Shown here: piece by piece, positions 11,513 through 23,269 of the stretch
Position numbering within the stretch: the stretch's first letter is position 1
How the letters are laid out: every line of letters begins with the position of its first letter
Assembly (NCBI GenBank): GCA_035193785.1
Contig: CP136572.1
Location: 3,572,578 to 3,636,577, forward strand
DNA: 64,000 nt
DNA from: Planktothrix sp. GU0601_MAG3
Lineage (GTDB): Bacteria > Cyanobacteriota > Cyanobacteriia > Cyanobacteriales > Microcoleaceae
Direction: 5' to 3'
Notes under the pieces: model-generated
Seen by the model: the letters and a program-made list of their open reading frames with translations, nothing else
Told to the model about the DNA's origin: nothing
The model's database searches: none
Position numbers and translations under genes: made by a program

Positions 11513-13112
11513 TTAAAGTTTTACCCGCATCGGAGTCCGACTTTCCCGAACTTCATAGGTGGCGGATTCAATCATAGAAACACCCGTCATTTCCGGGGGT
11601 TGAGGAATACCCAAAATCTGCAAAATCGTGGGGGCGATATCCGCTAAACAGCCATCTGTCCGTAAAGGAATATCGGTTCCGTGACCTGGGATTTTGCGTT
11701 TTTCCCCTTCTACTAGGATAAAGGGAACGGGGTTAGTTGTGTGGGCTGTCCAGGGATTTCCTTCCGCATCGCACATATATTCGGCGTTACCATGGTCAGC
11801 AATAATAATCGCCGTCCCTCCAGCTTGACTAATACTTTGTAATAATATCCCCAAACAGTGATCCACGGTTTCAACTGCTTTTACCGCCGCACCCATCATC
11901 CCCGTATGTCCGACCATATCAGGATTAGCGTAATTAATTACAATCATCGAGTAAATGCCCTTTTCAATGCCTTCAATTGCCACATCTGTTACCGCTTCGG
12001 CGGACATTTCCGGTTGTAAATCATAAGTAGCAACGGAGGGACTGGGAATTAATTCTCGGTCTTCTCCGGGATAGGGTTGTTCTAAACCGCCATTGAAAAA
12101 ATAGGTGACATGGGCATATTTTTCTGTTTCCGCCGTGCGTAATTGTTTTAACCCGTGTTCAGCAATAACTTGTCCGAGAATATTATTCAGATTTTGGGGT
12201 TCAAAAGCAACTAAAACGGGAAAAGTAGAGTCATATTGAGTCAAAGTTACGAAGCTCAGGGGCTGAATATAGGAACGTTCAAAGTCTTTAAAATTTCGAT
12301 CTACAAACACCTGAGTTAACTCCCTCGCCCGGTCAGGGCGGAAGTTAAAGAAAATCACCCCATCCCCTGCTTCCACCGCCCCAGGCGCGATCCGAGAGGG
12401 CACTATAAACTCATCGTTTATGCCTTCAGAATAGGAAGATAACATCACATCAACGGCAGATAATCCATTGCCTTCGCCATCGGTGGTCATTATATTATAG
12501 GCTTGTTTAACTCGATCCCATCGTTTATCCCGATCCATGGCATAATAACGGCCACTAATTGTCACAATACGACCGATACCAATAGCATCAATTTGTTCTT
12601 GAAGTTGTTTAATATATTTAATTCCATCTTTAGGATTTGTGTCTCGACCATCCATGATCGCATGAACACAAACATCCCTAATATTTTTAGCTTTTGCTAA
12701 GTTTAAAAGTCCGTATAAATGATCTAAATGGGAGTGAACACCACCATCGGAACATAAACCCATCAAGTGCAACTTGCCGTTTCTATCTAAAACATCTTGA
12801 CAAACTTTTAACAATGCCGGGTTATTTTGAATTGTTCCATCTTCAACCGCATCGGAAATTCTAACCAACTCTTGGGGGACAACGCGCCCCGCACCCAGAT
12901 TCAAATGACCCACTTCTGAGTTTCCCATTTGACCCAATGGCAAACCCACCGCCTTCCCAGAGGTGTGAATTAGGGTTTCTGGGGTAAGCTGCCCATAGAC
13001 TATCCATCACCGGGGTATTGGCAACGGCTATGGCATTTCCGTCAGCTTGTTCGCGATAACCCCATCCGTCCAAGATAATAAGTACAACGGGAGATACAGA
13101 TTTTGGTGCCAT
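11513..13112 (-). CDS. gpmI: 2,3-BPG-independent phosphoglycerate mutase (frameshift near 12975)
   Basis: [46 protein letters not shown]. Confidence 0.95.
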
Positions 13113-13265
13113 ACCAAGTTACCTTTTGCTGCTTGTGGTCATTTGTGCATAGATTGTACCATACGGGGGAAGTCTGTTAATCATAAGAACTTGATAATGC
13201 CACCTATAAAACTTAAAATTCCGCCGTCAAAAGCTGATACAAAATCTAAATTTTTAGGGCGTTTA

Positions 13266-14198
13266 ATGAAATTTGCGATTAGTCTCCTGGGTTTCCTTAA
13301 ACCTTATTTACGATGGATAATCCTAGGAGGAACATTATTTTTCTTGGCAACAAATTTTAGAAAGCATTGGCAAGAAATTTCAGAAATTGATATTAGTTCA
13401 ACGGCATGGATATATCTTGGATTAGCTCTAATTATTACCCTTTGCGCCCATATTTGGTCAGCCTTTGTTTGGTTAATTATTGTTAAAGAATTTAAGCAAA
13501 CAATTAGACCCCGTTGGGGATTACAGCTTTATTTAATCACTAATCTGGCGAAATATCTGCCCGGGAATATTTGGCATTTTTATGGGCGAATTATGGCGAT
13601 GAAAGACTCCGGTATTGCCCTAGAAGCGGCGGCATTAAGTGTATTACTTGAACCCTTAATTATGGCCGTCGCCGCCTTGGGGGTGGCATTAATCAGCTAT
13701 CATAGTTCCTATTGGGTGATACAAATTATAGGTTTAATTGCTTTAGGACTGGGCATTCATCCCCGGATTTTGAACCCAATTCTGAAATATTTAGAAACCT
13801 CAAAATTTAAAAAACAACTGTCTGATTTTCCCCAGGAAGTCTCCTGTCAATTAGATGATTATCCCCTGAAACCCCTATTCGGGGGGGCAAGTTTCGTTTT
13901 ATTAAGATGGTCGGGTTTTATGTTGACTTTACTCGCCCTAACTCCCCTAACTTTTGAGCAAATTCCGATATTATTAGGCGCCTATAGTTTTTCTTGGTTA
14001 TTGGGGTTATTAATTCCGGGTGCCCCCGGAGGATTAGGGGTTTTTGAAGCTACTATTTTAGCTTTATTGAATCAACAATTTTCCCCGGGTATTTTATTGG
14101 GGGCGATCGCATTTTACCGTTTAGTTAGTATTCTCGCTGAAACCCTAGGTGCATTATTAGCCAAATTAGATCAAAGATTTTTAGATAACTCTAATTGA
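13266..14198 (+). CDS. UPF0104 / lysylphosphatidylglycerol synthase-domain membrane protein
   Basis: Multi-TM protein with KYLPGNIW and PGAPGGLGVFEA motifs. Confidence 0.75.
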   Translation: MKFAISLLGFLKPYLRWIILGGTLFFLATNFRKHWQEISEIDISSTAWIYLGLALIITLCAHIWSAFVWLIIVKEFKQTIRPRWGLQLYLITNLAKYLPGNIWHFYGRIMAMKDSGIALEAAALSVLLEPLIMAVAALGVALISYHSSYWVIQIIGLIALGLGIHPRILNPILKYLETSKFKKQLSDFPQEVSCQLDDYPLKPLFGGASFVLLRWSGFMLTLLALTPLTFEQIPILLGAYSFSWLLGLLIPGAPGGLGVFEATILALLNQQFSPGILLGAIAFYRLVSILAETLGALLAKLDQRFLDNSN

Positions 14199-14860
14199 TA
14201 GGCTTTAACTAATAGGTCAATTCCCGTAATCGCCGTACCAACAACCACAGCATAAGCACCTAAATCCAAGGCTTTTCTCGCCATTTCTGGGGAAGCAATT
14301 CCGCCTTCACAAATTATAGGAACTGGCAATTGTTTAACCATTTGGGCTAATAAATCAAAACCCGGGGGAGATTGATTTTGGGTGGCTTTTGTATAGCCAT
14401 ATAATGTCGTACCCACACAGTCTGCACCCGCTTCTACAGCCTCTATAGCTGCTTCTAAACTATCTACATCCGCCATCACTAATTTGCCTAATTCTTGATG
14501 GATTTTAGCAATTAAATTCTTGACGGTTTCTCCTTGGGGACGTTCTCGCAGAGTCGCATCAATAGCAATTATATCAGCCCCGGAGTTAGCGATCGCCACG
14601 GCATCTTCAAATCGAGGCGTAATATACACATCAAACCCAGGAATTTGTTGTTTCCATAGCCCAATAATCGGTTGAGAAACCCGTTTACGCACCGCTTCAA
14701 CATGGGCGGGGGTATCTATTCTCACCCCTAATGCTCCTTGGTTAACGGCGGCTTTAGCCATGGCTGCAATCACAATCGGATCATGTAGGGGGGAATCAAT
14801 CGGCGCTTGACAGGAGACAATTAATCCGTGAGTTAAGATGGAAAAAAGATCGGATTTCAT
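14171..14860 (-). CDS. nanE: N-acetylmannosamine-6-phosphate 2-epimerase
   Basis: GLIVSCQA, PIIGLWK, VYITP, GTTLYGYT, EGGI, VVVGTAIT. Confidence 0.9.
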   Translation of the reverse strand: MKSDLFSILTHGLIVSCQAPIDSPLHDPIVIAAMAKAAVNQGALGVRIDTPAHVEAVRKRVSQPIIGLWKQQIPGFDVYITPRFEDAVAIANSGADIIAIDATLRERPQGETVKNLIAKIHQELGKLVMADVDSLEAAIEAVEAGADCVGTTLYGYTKATQNQSPPGFDLLAQMVKQLPVPIICEGGIASPEMARKALDLGAYAVVVGTAITGIDLLVKAYQLELSKNL

Positions 14861-14930
14861 GCTAAATTTATTAGAGTGGGGCTGTTTCATTTTCTATTAT
14901 AAACCCTAGGACGTAACCTCCTAAATTATT

Positions 14931-15185
14931 ATGAACATATCCTTAACTCCTGAACTTGAGCAGTTTGTTCAGTCAACGGTCAAAAACGGGAAATATTCAT
15001 CGGCTTCTGAAGTCATCCTAGCGGCATTACAATTACTAAAAGAACAGGAAATTTTAGGGGTTATGAATCCAGTTTTGTCGGAGAGTAAGCAAAAATCAAA
15101 CTATGATTTCTCTGATTTGGTGGGGCGCTTAAATTGGCAAGGAGAAGCAGTTATAATACAGAGGCATCTACGCGATGAGTGGTAA
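14931..15185 (+). CDS. ParD-like (CC2985-type RHH) antitoxin
   Basis: MNISLTPELEQFV...GKYSSASEVI..AL.LL motif. Confidence 0.75.
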   Translation: MNISLTPELEQFVQSTVKNGKYSSASEVILAALQLLKEQEILGVMNPVLSESKQKSNYDFSDLVGRLNWQGEAVIIQRHLRDEW

Positions 15186-15552
15186 TCGCTATGTTTTGGA
15201 TACGAATGCTATTGTAGCTCTACTTCAAGGCAATATTCAACTCATCGAATTACTTAAAGATGCTGATTGGATCGGAGTTTCAATTATTAGCCAAATAGAG
15301 TTTCTGGTATTTCCTGGGTTAACTCAAGATGATAGTCGGATTTTCAATCAGTTTCTGCAAAGAGTTGAGGTTATCGGTTTAGTGGCAATTGATACTGTTT
15401 TGATTGATAAAATCATTGAAATTCGCCAGCAATATCGCTTGAAACTACCGGATGCGGTTATTGCGGCAATGGCTATCCAAAATTTAGCTAGTTTGGTGAC
15501 AGCCGATCAAGAGTTTGCAAAGGTAACAATTTTAACGGTAATTAATTGGTAG
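15175..15552 (+). CDS. VapC family PIN-domain toxin
   Basis: VLDTN, SQIE, KLPDAVIAA, LVTADQEF acidic PIN motifs; overlaps the upstream antitoxin. Confidence 0.88.
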   Translation: MSGNRYVLDTNAIVALLQGNIQLIELLKDADWIGVSIISQIEFLVFPGLTQDDSRIFNQFLQRVEVIGLVAIDTVLIDKIIEIRQQYRLKLPDAVIAAMAIQNLASLVTADQEFAKVTILTVINW

Positions 15553-15643
15553 CGATCGCTCTTGAAATTAAACCAAATTTTGGTAAAGGGCAGGGCTTTT
15601 TTAATAATGACTATAGCAAACCATTTCCTTAATCAAAAATTAA

Positions 15644-16246
15644 TTATTTGGAATTAAAACGCTCTATTTCTTGTTGGAATATTTCTTTAAAAATTTGGGT
15701 GGCTTGAGGTTGAATAATTTGGGAAAATCGTTGCATGGATTCTTGGAGTAATTGGGGCATAACACTAATGGTTTTTTTGCCTGTGGGTGTTTGATAAAAG
15801 TTAATCATAGTTTGTAAATCTTCTTCTGTAAAGAATTTATCATATAGGGGATAATAAACTTTTTCCATGATTTGGTCAAAATCAAGTTTTTCCATTAATC
15901 TTTGATTATATTGGGTCAAAATTCGACCCATATCTTGGTTAATTTGATTGATCATTTGTTGTTTTTTTTCTATAGAAATTCCTGAAGTTTCAGGGACAAT
16001 AGATTCTAAAATCCCAGTAAATTCCTGTTGAAGTTGGACGGCGGTAATTTGGCTAACCTGTCTAAATAGTTTTTCTCCTCCGGTGAGTTCTATTAATTCT
16101 CTGATCAGTTTGCGTTTACTTTCAGAAACAGATTGTTGAGACAATTCTGATTCAGGTTTTGGAGTAGATTCTGCTTTGACAGGTGTGGGGAAAATTACCC
16201 ATAAAGATAAAATAGTTCCCAGTAATAAAATTCGCTTTAAGAACAT
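15644..16246 (-). CDS. DUF2059-domain secreted protein
   Basis: Signal peptide; YDKFFTEEDL..MINFYQTPTGKK..MP motif. Confidence 0.75.
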   Translation of the reverse strand: MFLKRILLLGTILSLWVIFPTPVKAESTPKPESELSQQSVSESKRKLIRELIELTGGEKLFRQVSQITAVQLQQEFTGILESIVPETSGISIEKKQQMINQINQDMGRILTQYNQRLMEKLDFDQIMEKVYYPLYDKFFTEEDLQTMINFYQTPTGKKTISVMPQLLQESMQRFSQIIQPQATQIFKEIFQQEIERFNSK

Positions 16247-16452
16247 AAAAAACTCTCCTGATTTTTGAGATTATATTACCAAAAATGCGATCGCGTAGGC
16301 GATGCCTGGTTTAATTTATATCTGTTGCTCTGGCAATTCTAAATCAAAGGTAACACTTTTGGATACAATATCCGTAACTTTAGAAAAAATATTATAGTCC
16401 TAAAGACAGGTATAATGTTTTACAGAAAACAAAATATTCCCTAAAATTAACG

Positions 16453-18805
16453 ATGACACCCTCACAATATTTTGATTATCAGAACATTCAACCTATTAGT
16501 CAACCCATCGAACCCAAGAAACAAGGCGCAAAACGCCATTGGGGTAGTCATCCCTATTTTACTCGACGAGCTTGGAATGTTGTTCAAGAATATATTCGCA
16601 CTTTTAGCCAACCGGGAGATATTATTTTAGACCCTTTTGGGGGTTTCAGGAGTCACAGCAGTTGAATCTTTGGTCTTGCGTCGCCAAGCAATTCATTGTG
16701 ATATTAACCCAATGGCTAATTTTATTTGTTCTCAAATTGCTGTTAGTCCCATTAATATCGAGAGTTTTAGAATTGCTTTCGATGAAATAGAAAAAAAATG
16801 CAAAGATGCCATTAATTTAGCTTATTCACTTTCTGATGAAGAAGCTGAAAATTTAGAAATAAAATATTGGTATCCTCAAAATGTGAAAATGCCTAAAAAT
16901 GGCAAGCCAGATTATATTGAACAACTGTTTACTAAACGTCAATTTTTCTGTTTATCATTATTATTAAATGAAATTAATACAATTCAATCTTTAACCATTA
17001 AGAATCTGATGAAATTTGTTTTTTCCGCCAGTTTAAACAAAACTAATTTAACATTTAGTTCTACTCATGGCCGAAAAGCCAGCAGGGGAAATAGTGGAAT
17101 TATGCACCGTTATAGTTATTGGATTCCGCCACAAACCCTTGATCTAAATGTTTGGGAAGTTTTTGAACAAAAATTTAAGTATATTGTTCAGGCGAAACTA
17201 GAAACTAACTTATTAATTGGAAATTTTTATCAAGATAACTTCTCTATATTTAATGTTTCAGCTACAAATTTAACTGATAAAATTCAGCCAGAGTCTATTG
17301 ATTATATTTATACTGATCCCCCTTATGGTAAACATATTGCCTATCTGGATTTGTCTACAATGTGGAATGCTTGGCTAGGTTTTGAAGTCAGTGATGAAGC
17401 TAGACAATTAGAAGTGATTGAAGGCGGAGATTTAAACAAATCTAAACAAGATTATATTAATTTACTCCATGCTTCTATTGCTGAAATGTTCAAAGTTCTT
17501 AAATTTGATCGGTGGATGAGTATTGTCTTTGCTCACAAAGATCCTGCTTTTTGGGATGCTATTGTTAAATCAGCCCAAGATTCAGGATTTCAGTATGTTA
17601 ATTGTGCGATTCAAACCTCAAGTACGCCTTCTTTATACAAACGACAAAATCCCCTCAAAGTTTTATCGGGTGAGTTAGTATTAAATTTCATAAAAGTTAG
17701 AAATCCTAAAACAATCGCTATTACTAAAGTCGGTACTGATGTTGTACAATTAATTAAAGAAGTAGCTGAATTAATCATTGTCAAAAACTCAGGAGCTTCT
17801 ACAGAAGATATTTATAATGCTTTAATTCCTAAATTGTTAGAAAACGGCTTATTGAATCAGGTTAAAAAACAATTAGATGATATTACACCTATTCTCAATG
17901 AAGAATTCATATTTTCTGAATTGGATCATCTTTGGAAGATTAAACCCAATACAAAAATAGGCTGTTTTATTCCTCTGGAAGATCGGATTCGTTTTTATCT
18001 GATCGATTATTTACAATTCCTAGAAAGACAAGAAAAATCAGCCACCTTCGATCAAATTATATTGAATGTAATGCCAAATCTAATTAATGGCACCACCCCG
18101 GCCAATCAAACCATTTTAAATGTTTTAGAAAAAATTGCGTATTCTCCCGATGGGAAACACTGGCAATTTGGCAAATCTGATATCATTCAAATGGAATTAG
18201 ATTTAGGAATTTCCTTTGAAAATCCTTTATTTCCAAGTCTCGATTTTCCTAAAGATCCCAATAAAATAGAACACGATTGTATAATTTATATTTTAGCTAA
18301 GATAGCTCTATCAGCAGGTTTAAAAGTTCATATAGGCAAAAAAGAACAAGCTACAAGTCACTGGAATGGAGAATCTTTTAATCAGCTATCTTTGAATAAA
18401 TTGCCGATTCAGAAACCTCTAACAGATTGGCAAAAAAATAAAATTCAGCAAATTGATTTAATTTGGTTTGACAATCAAGGTGATCCCGTTTTTGCTTTTG
18501 AAGTCGAAACAAGTACCCCAATTACAACCGGAATTGAAAGGTTTATGGAATTATTAGAAATATTTCCAAACCTGGCTAAAACTCTGGTTTTAATTATTCC
18601 TCCTAAACGATTAAGTAAAATGAATAAATTATTGAAAGACTCTCACTATATTGGTCATCCTTTATATATGGAGAATAAATTAGTCTACAGTTTTTCTCAA
18701 AAGATTGTAGAAGTTTACCAAAAAGTATCTAGTCTTAATCCTGTTAACTTAGAAACAGTTATTCGAGAAATTCAGTTAACTTTAATAGCGCCTAGTTTGA
18801 AATAG
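16453..18805 (+). CDS. amino-DNA methyltransferase fused to a C-terminal PD-(D/E)xK-like nuclease (frameshift near 16640)
   Basis: HPYF and ILDPFGG(S)GVT (motif I), YTDPPY (motif IV), C-terminal QIDLIWFD...FAFEVE. Confidence 0.75.
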
Positions 18806-18957
18806 TCACCGACTGATTCAGAAACCAGGTTTTTTTTTCAACAACAGTTTTGGTGCGTGGGCGGGGATAGCCTCACCTGAAGGATTTTAACCAAAAATTG
18901 AAATATATGGTATAATCTAAAATTCGTTGTGTAATCTTTATACAGAATTTGATTAGA

Positions 18958-20275
18958 ATGGCAACACAGCCAACTATTGCGATCTCTCACCTCGGTTGCG
19001 AAAAAAATCGCATTGATACCGAACATATCCTGGGTCTATTGGTAGAGGCAGGTTATCAGGTTGATTCTAACGAAGAATTAGCGGATTACGTTATTGTCAA
19101 TACCTGTAGTTTTATCGAAGCCGCCCGGGAGGAATCGGTTCGCACCCTGGTAGAATTAGCCGACGCCAAAAAGAAAATTGTGATCACCGGGTGCATGGCC
19201 CAGCACTTCCAAGAACAACTGTTAGACGAACTCCCCGAAGCCGTTGCCGTTGTGGGAACCGGAGACTATCATAAAATTGTCGATGTGATCAGACGGGTGG
19301 AACAGGGAGAACGAGTTAAAGAAGTTTCCGCCGAACCGACGTATATTGCCGACGAAACCGTTCCCCGTTATCGTACCACCAGTGAAGGCGTTGCCTATCT
19401 GCGGGTAGCAGAGGGTTGTGACTATCGTTGCGCTTTTTGTATTATTCCCCACTTGCGCGGAAACCAACGATCGCGTACTATAGAATCAATTGTTACTGAA
19501 GCCCAGCAATTGGCCGATCAAGGGGTTCAGGAAATAATCCTTATTTCTCAGATCACGACCAACTACGGACTGGATCTCTACGGTGAACCCAAACTGGCAG
19601 AATTATTAAGGGCATTAGGAAAAGTTGATATTCCCTGGATACGGATGCACTATGCCTATCCAACGGGGTTAACCCCAAAAGTAATTGCAGCAATGCAAGA
19701 GACCCCTAACGTTTTACCCTATTTAGATTTACCGCTACAACATTCACACCCCGATGTGTTACGCGCAATGAAACCGTCCTTGGCAGGGACGAGTCAACGA
19801 TCAGATTATCGAAACGCTGAAAACCGCTATCCCAGATGCGGTGCTTCGTACCACATTTATTGTTGGTTTCCCAGGAGAAACTGAGGAACATTTTGAACAC
19901 CTGCGGGAATTTGTGCAACGCCACGAGTTTGATCACGTTGGCGTGTTTACCTTCTCTCCCGAAGAAGGAACCCCTGCTTATAAATTGCCGAATCAACTGC
20001 CTCAAGGGATAATGGATGCCCGTCGGGATGCCTTAATGGAAATACAGCAACCCATTTCCCTGAAGCAAAATCAAAAATCCATCGCCCAGGTGGTAGACGT
20101 TCTCATTGAACAACAAAATCCCCAAAGCGGAGAATTGATCGGTCGTTCTGCCCGTTTCGCCCCCGAAGTAGATGGTTTGATCTATATTGAAGGCGATGCC
20201 CGTTTGGGTTCAATGGTGAAAGTCCAAATCACCGACGCCGATGTTTATGATCTCTATGGTTACGTCTTAGAATAA
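18958..20275 (+). CDS. rimO: ribosomal protein S12 methylthiotransferase (frameshift near 19772)
   Basis: HLGCEKN, NTCSFI, radical [12 protein letters not shown]-terminal TRAM domain (APEVDG). Confidence 0.93.
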
Positions 20276-20634
20276 AATGTTAGCCCTTAAAAGCTGACAG
20301 TCAAGCCATTTCACCGAAATCGCCGCAAATTTTAAGAAATTTGTTGTTATATTTCTGAATGTTAAGCGTTATCCTAGAGATAGATGGTCTATAAAGAGTC
20401 TGATTGACTAAACAACCCCAATGGTTGTGACGAAAAGTGAGTTCAGGAACTTTTGAAGACCTTGGAATGTAAATAAGGTTCCAAGATGCCCGAGAGACAG
20501 CGTAACTCAACGTTTGTAGAGAGCTACGTCAAGCGTTATAGCAAAACTAATAAACCTCTGCATTGTAGTAAAAGTGTCTCAAATGAATAGGGTAGGGTCA
20601 GGAACCGGGCTAAAACACATAGATAGGAGAATGA

Positions 20635-22042
20635 ATGAGTCCATCTTTTGCAAGCTTAGGAATTTCCGAAGAACGTGCTAGTTATCTGGAAACAATAGGC
20701 TTTAGCGAGCCAACCACCATTCAAGTCGAAGCAATTCCCCATATTTTGTCTGGACGGGACGTGGTGGGACTGGCTCAAACCGGGACGGGCAAAACAGCCG
20801 CCTTTTCATTGCCCATTCTGGAGCAACTGGATACAAGTGCAAAGGGCGTACAAGCGTTAATCCTGACCCCAACTCGGGAATTAGCCATGCAGGTTAAAGA
20901 AGCGATTCGGAAAATGACCGATGATCGCAGCTTGTATGTGTTAACCGTTTATGGTGGTCAGTCCATTGACAGACAAATCCAACGGTTACAACAGGGCGTT
21001 TCAGATTGTCGTCGGCACACCTGGACGGATTTTAGATTTACTCAACCGGGGAAATCTGAAATTTGACCGGATTAAGTGGTTAGTATTGGATGAAGCCGAT
21101 GAAATGTTAAGCATGGGCTTTATTCAGGATGTGGAAAAAATCCTAGAATCCGTGGCTGAAGATCGGCAAACGGCGTTTTTCTCAGCTACCATGGAGCCTT
21201 CGATTTGGAAATTGGTGAAGAAATTCCTCAAAAACCCAGTCACCATTAAGGCCGAAAACCCCAAAGCTACCCCCAAACGCATTGAACAGCGTGCTTATAT
21301 GGCTCCCCGTGGGTGGTCAAAAGCCCGGGCGTTGCAACCGATTTTAGAATTAGAAGATCCCGAATCAGCGATTATTTTTGTTCGCACTAAACAGGCTGCT
21401 GCGGAGTTAACTACCTTCCTGCAAGCCGCCGGTCACAGCGTTGACGAATATCATGGTAACTTGAACCAAACCCAACGAGAACGGCTGCTGCAACGATTCC
21501 GTCGCCGTCAGGTGCGTTGGATCGTGGCGACCGATATCGCTGCCCGAGGATTGGATGTGGATCATCTCAGCCACGTTATTAACTACGATTTACCCGATAA
21601 CGCGGAAAGTTATGTTCACCGGATTGGTCGCACAGGTCGCGCCGGACGGGAAGGAATCGCAATTACCTTGATTCAGCCGATTGATCGCCGGAAACTGCGG
21701 TTAATTGAGCGCCATTTGAATCATAACTTTACGGTGTTGTCGATTCCTAAGCGCTCGCAAATTGAAGGCCGTTATGTTGAACGGTTACAAGGACGGGTGC
21801 GGGAAGCATTGGCCGGAGAACGGGTTGCCTCCTTCTTGCCGATTGTGGCCCAATTGAGTGAGGAATACGATCCCCAGGCGATCGCGGCGGCGGCTTTACA
21901 ACTAGCCTACGATCAAACTCGCCCCAGTTGGTTGGATTCTGAATTCGCTGCTGAGGAAGAAGAAATGCCACTACCGTCTTCTAAACCGAAATTAAATCGT
22001 CGGGTAGTTCCTCGTCCTTCGGTTTCCCAGGGCGTTGAATAG
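20635..22042 (+). CDS. crhR: DEAD-box RNA helicase, CrhR type (frameshift near 21000)
   Basis: AQTGTGKT, PTRELA, LDEAD, SAT, HRIGRTGRAG; located downstream of rimO as in Synechocystis. Confidence 0.85.
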
Positions 22043-22080
22043 ATTTAACGAATGACGGTTTCTAAGGATTAAAATAGATA

Positions 22081-22119
22081 CACCAGACGCAATTGATCGT
22101 GTCTGGTGGTTTTTTTTTT
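22081..22119 (+). terminator. intrinsic terminator after crhR
   Basis: CACCAGACGC...GTGTCTGGTG stem followed by a long T-run. Confidence 0.85.
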
Positions 22120-22136
22120 CTTATTTTCCAAGCGAA

Positions 22137-22919
22137 ATGCAGACTAATTCTTCTGACTCTCATCTTAACTCTCTCAGACAATGGGCAAATTTAATTGCGA
22201 TTTTAGTCGCATTTGGAATTAATGTATTAGCGAATTTGGCTCCCTTTAATGGGTTAACAATTGGAGAAATTTCTAATACGGTTTTTAGAGAAGTTAAAAT
22301 TATTCCGGCTAATTATGCTTTTGCCATCTGGGGCTTGATTTATCTAGGTTTATTCGCTTTTGCCCGATATCAATTTTTACCTCAAAACCAGGAAAATCCG
22401 CGATTAGAGAAGTTAGGTTTCGCCTTAGTTTTAGCCAGTATTGCCCAAATTATTTGGGTATTTTTATTTCAATACCAAATGTTTTTTCTGTCTTTAGGGG
22501 CAATGATAGCGATTTTAAATTGTTTAATTGTGGCCTATTTACGGTTAAATATTGGGAGGGTTAGAGTTTCTAAACAAGAACGCTGGTATGTTGATCTTCC
22601 GATTAGTATTTATTTGGCTTGGATTAGTGTCGCAACAATTGTCAATGTAGCTTTAGTTTTGGAAAATTGGCGATGGAAGGGCGGGGGAATTTCACCGGAA
22701 TTATGGACGGCAATTTTATTAATTATTGCTGGAACTTTAGCGGCTATTTTAATTATTGAACGGAATGAAATTGCCTATCCTTTTGTAATTATGTGGGCAC
22801 TTTGTGCGATCGCAGTTCGCCAAGCCACCCAACCTTTAATTTTAGTCACGGCGATCGCTGTATCCCTATCCTTGGGATTATTTGGATTAAGTTTAACTAT
22901 TTTGCGACGCAGGAAGTAG
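22137..22919 (+). CDS. tryptophan-rich sensory (TspO-like) membrane protein
   Basis: [27 protein letters not shown] and multiple TM helices. Confidence 0.7.
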   Translation: MQTNSSDSHLNSLRQWANLIAILVAFGINVLANLAPFNGLTIGEISNTVFREVKIIPANYAFAIWGLIYLGLFAFARYQFLPQNQENPRLEKLGFALVLASIAQIIWVFLFQYQMFFLSLGAMIAILNCLIVAYLRLNIGRVRVSKQERWYVDLPISIYLAWISVATIVNVALVLENWRWKGGGISPELWTAILLIIAGTLAAILIIERNEIAYPFVIMWALCAIAVRQATQPLILVTAIAVSLSLGLFGLSLTILRRRK

Positions 22920-23268
22920 GGAGCAGGGGGAGCAGGGGAGGTAGGGGGAGCAGGGGGAGCATGGGAGGTAGGGGGAGCAGGGGGAGCAGGGGGAGCAGGG
23001 GGAGCAGGGGGAGCAGGGGAGGCAGGGGAGGCAGGGGAGGCAGGGGGAGCAGGGGAGGCAGGGGGAGCAGGGGGAGCAGGGGAGGTAGGGGAGGCAGGGG
23101 GAGCAGTGGAGGCAGGGGAGGTAAACTTTTGCTATTACCCATTCGTAATTCGTAATTCGTAATTCGTAATTCGTAATTACCTATTACCTATTACCCATTA
23201 CCTATTACCTATTACCTATTACCTATTACCTATTACCTATTACCCATTACCCATTACCTATTACCTAA
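22918..23268. repeat. composite tandem repeat: (GGGGAGCAG)n nonamers plus (ATTCGTA)n and (ATTACCT/C)n heptamers
   Basis: Directly visible; inverted relative of the 6643-6915 array. Confidence 0.95.
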
Positions 23269-23269
23269 T

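Noticed and set aside
22793..23155. RGS/RGG-repeat ORF as a PatS/PatX-like or RNA-binding peptide
   Set aside because: Artefact of the same nonamer repeat; it contains no RGSGR pentapeptide
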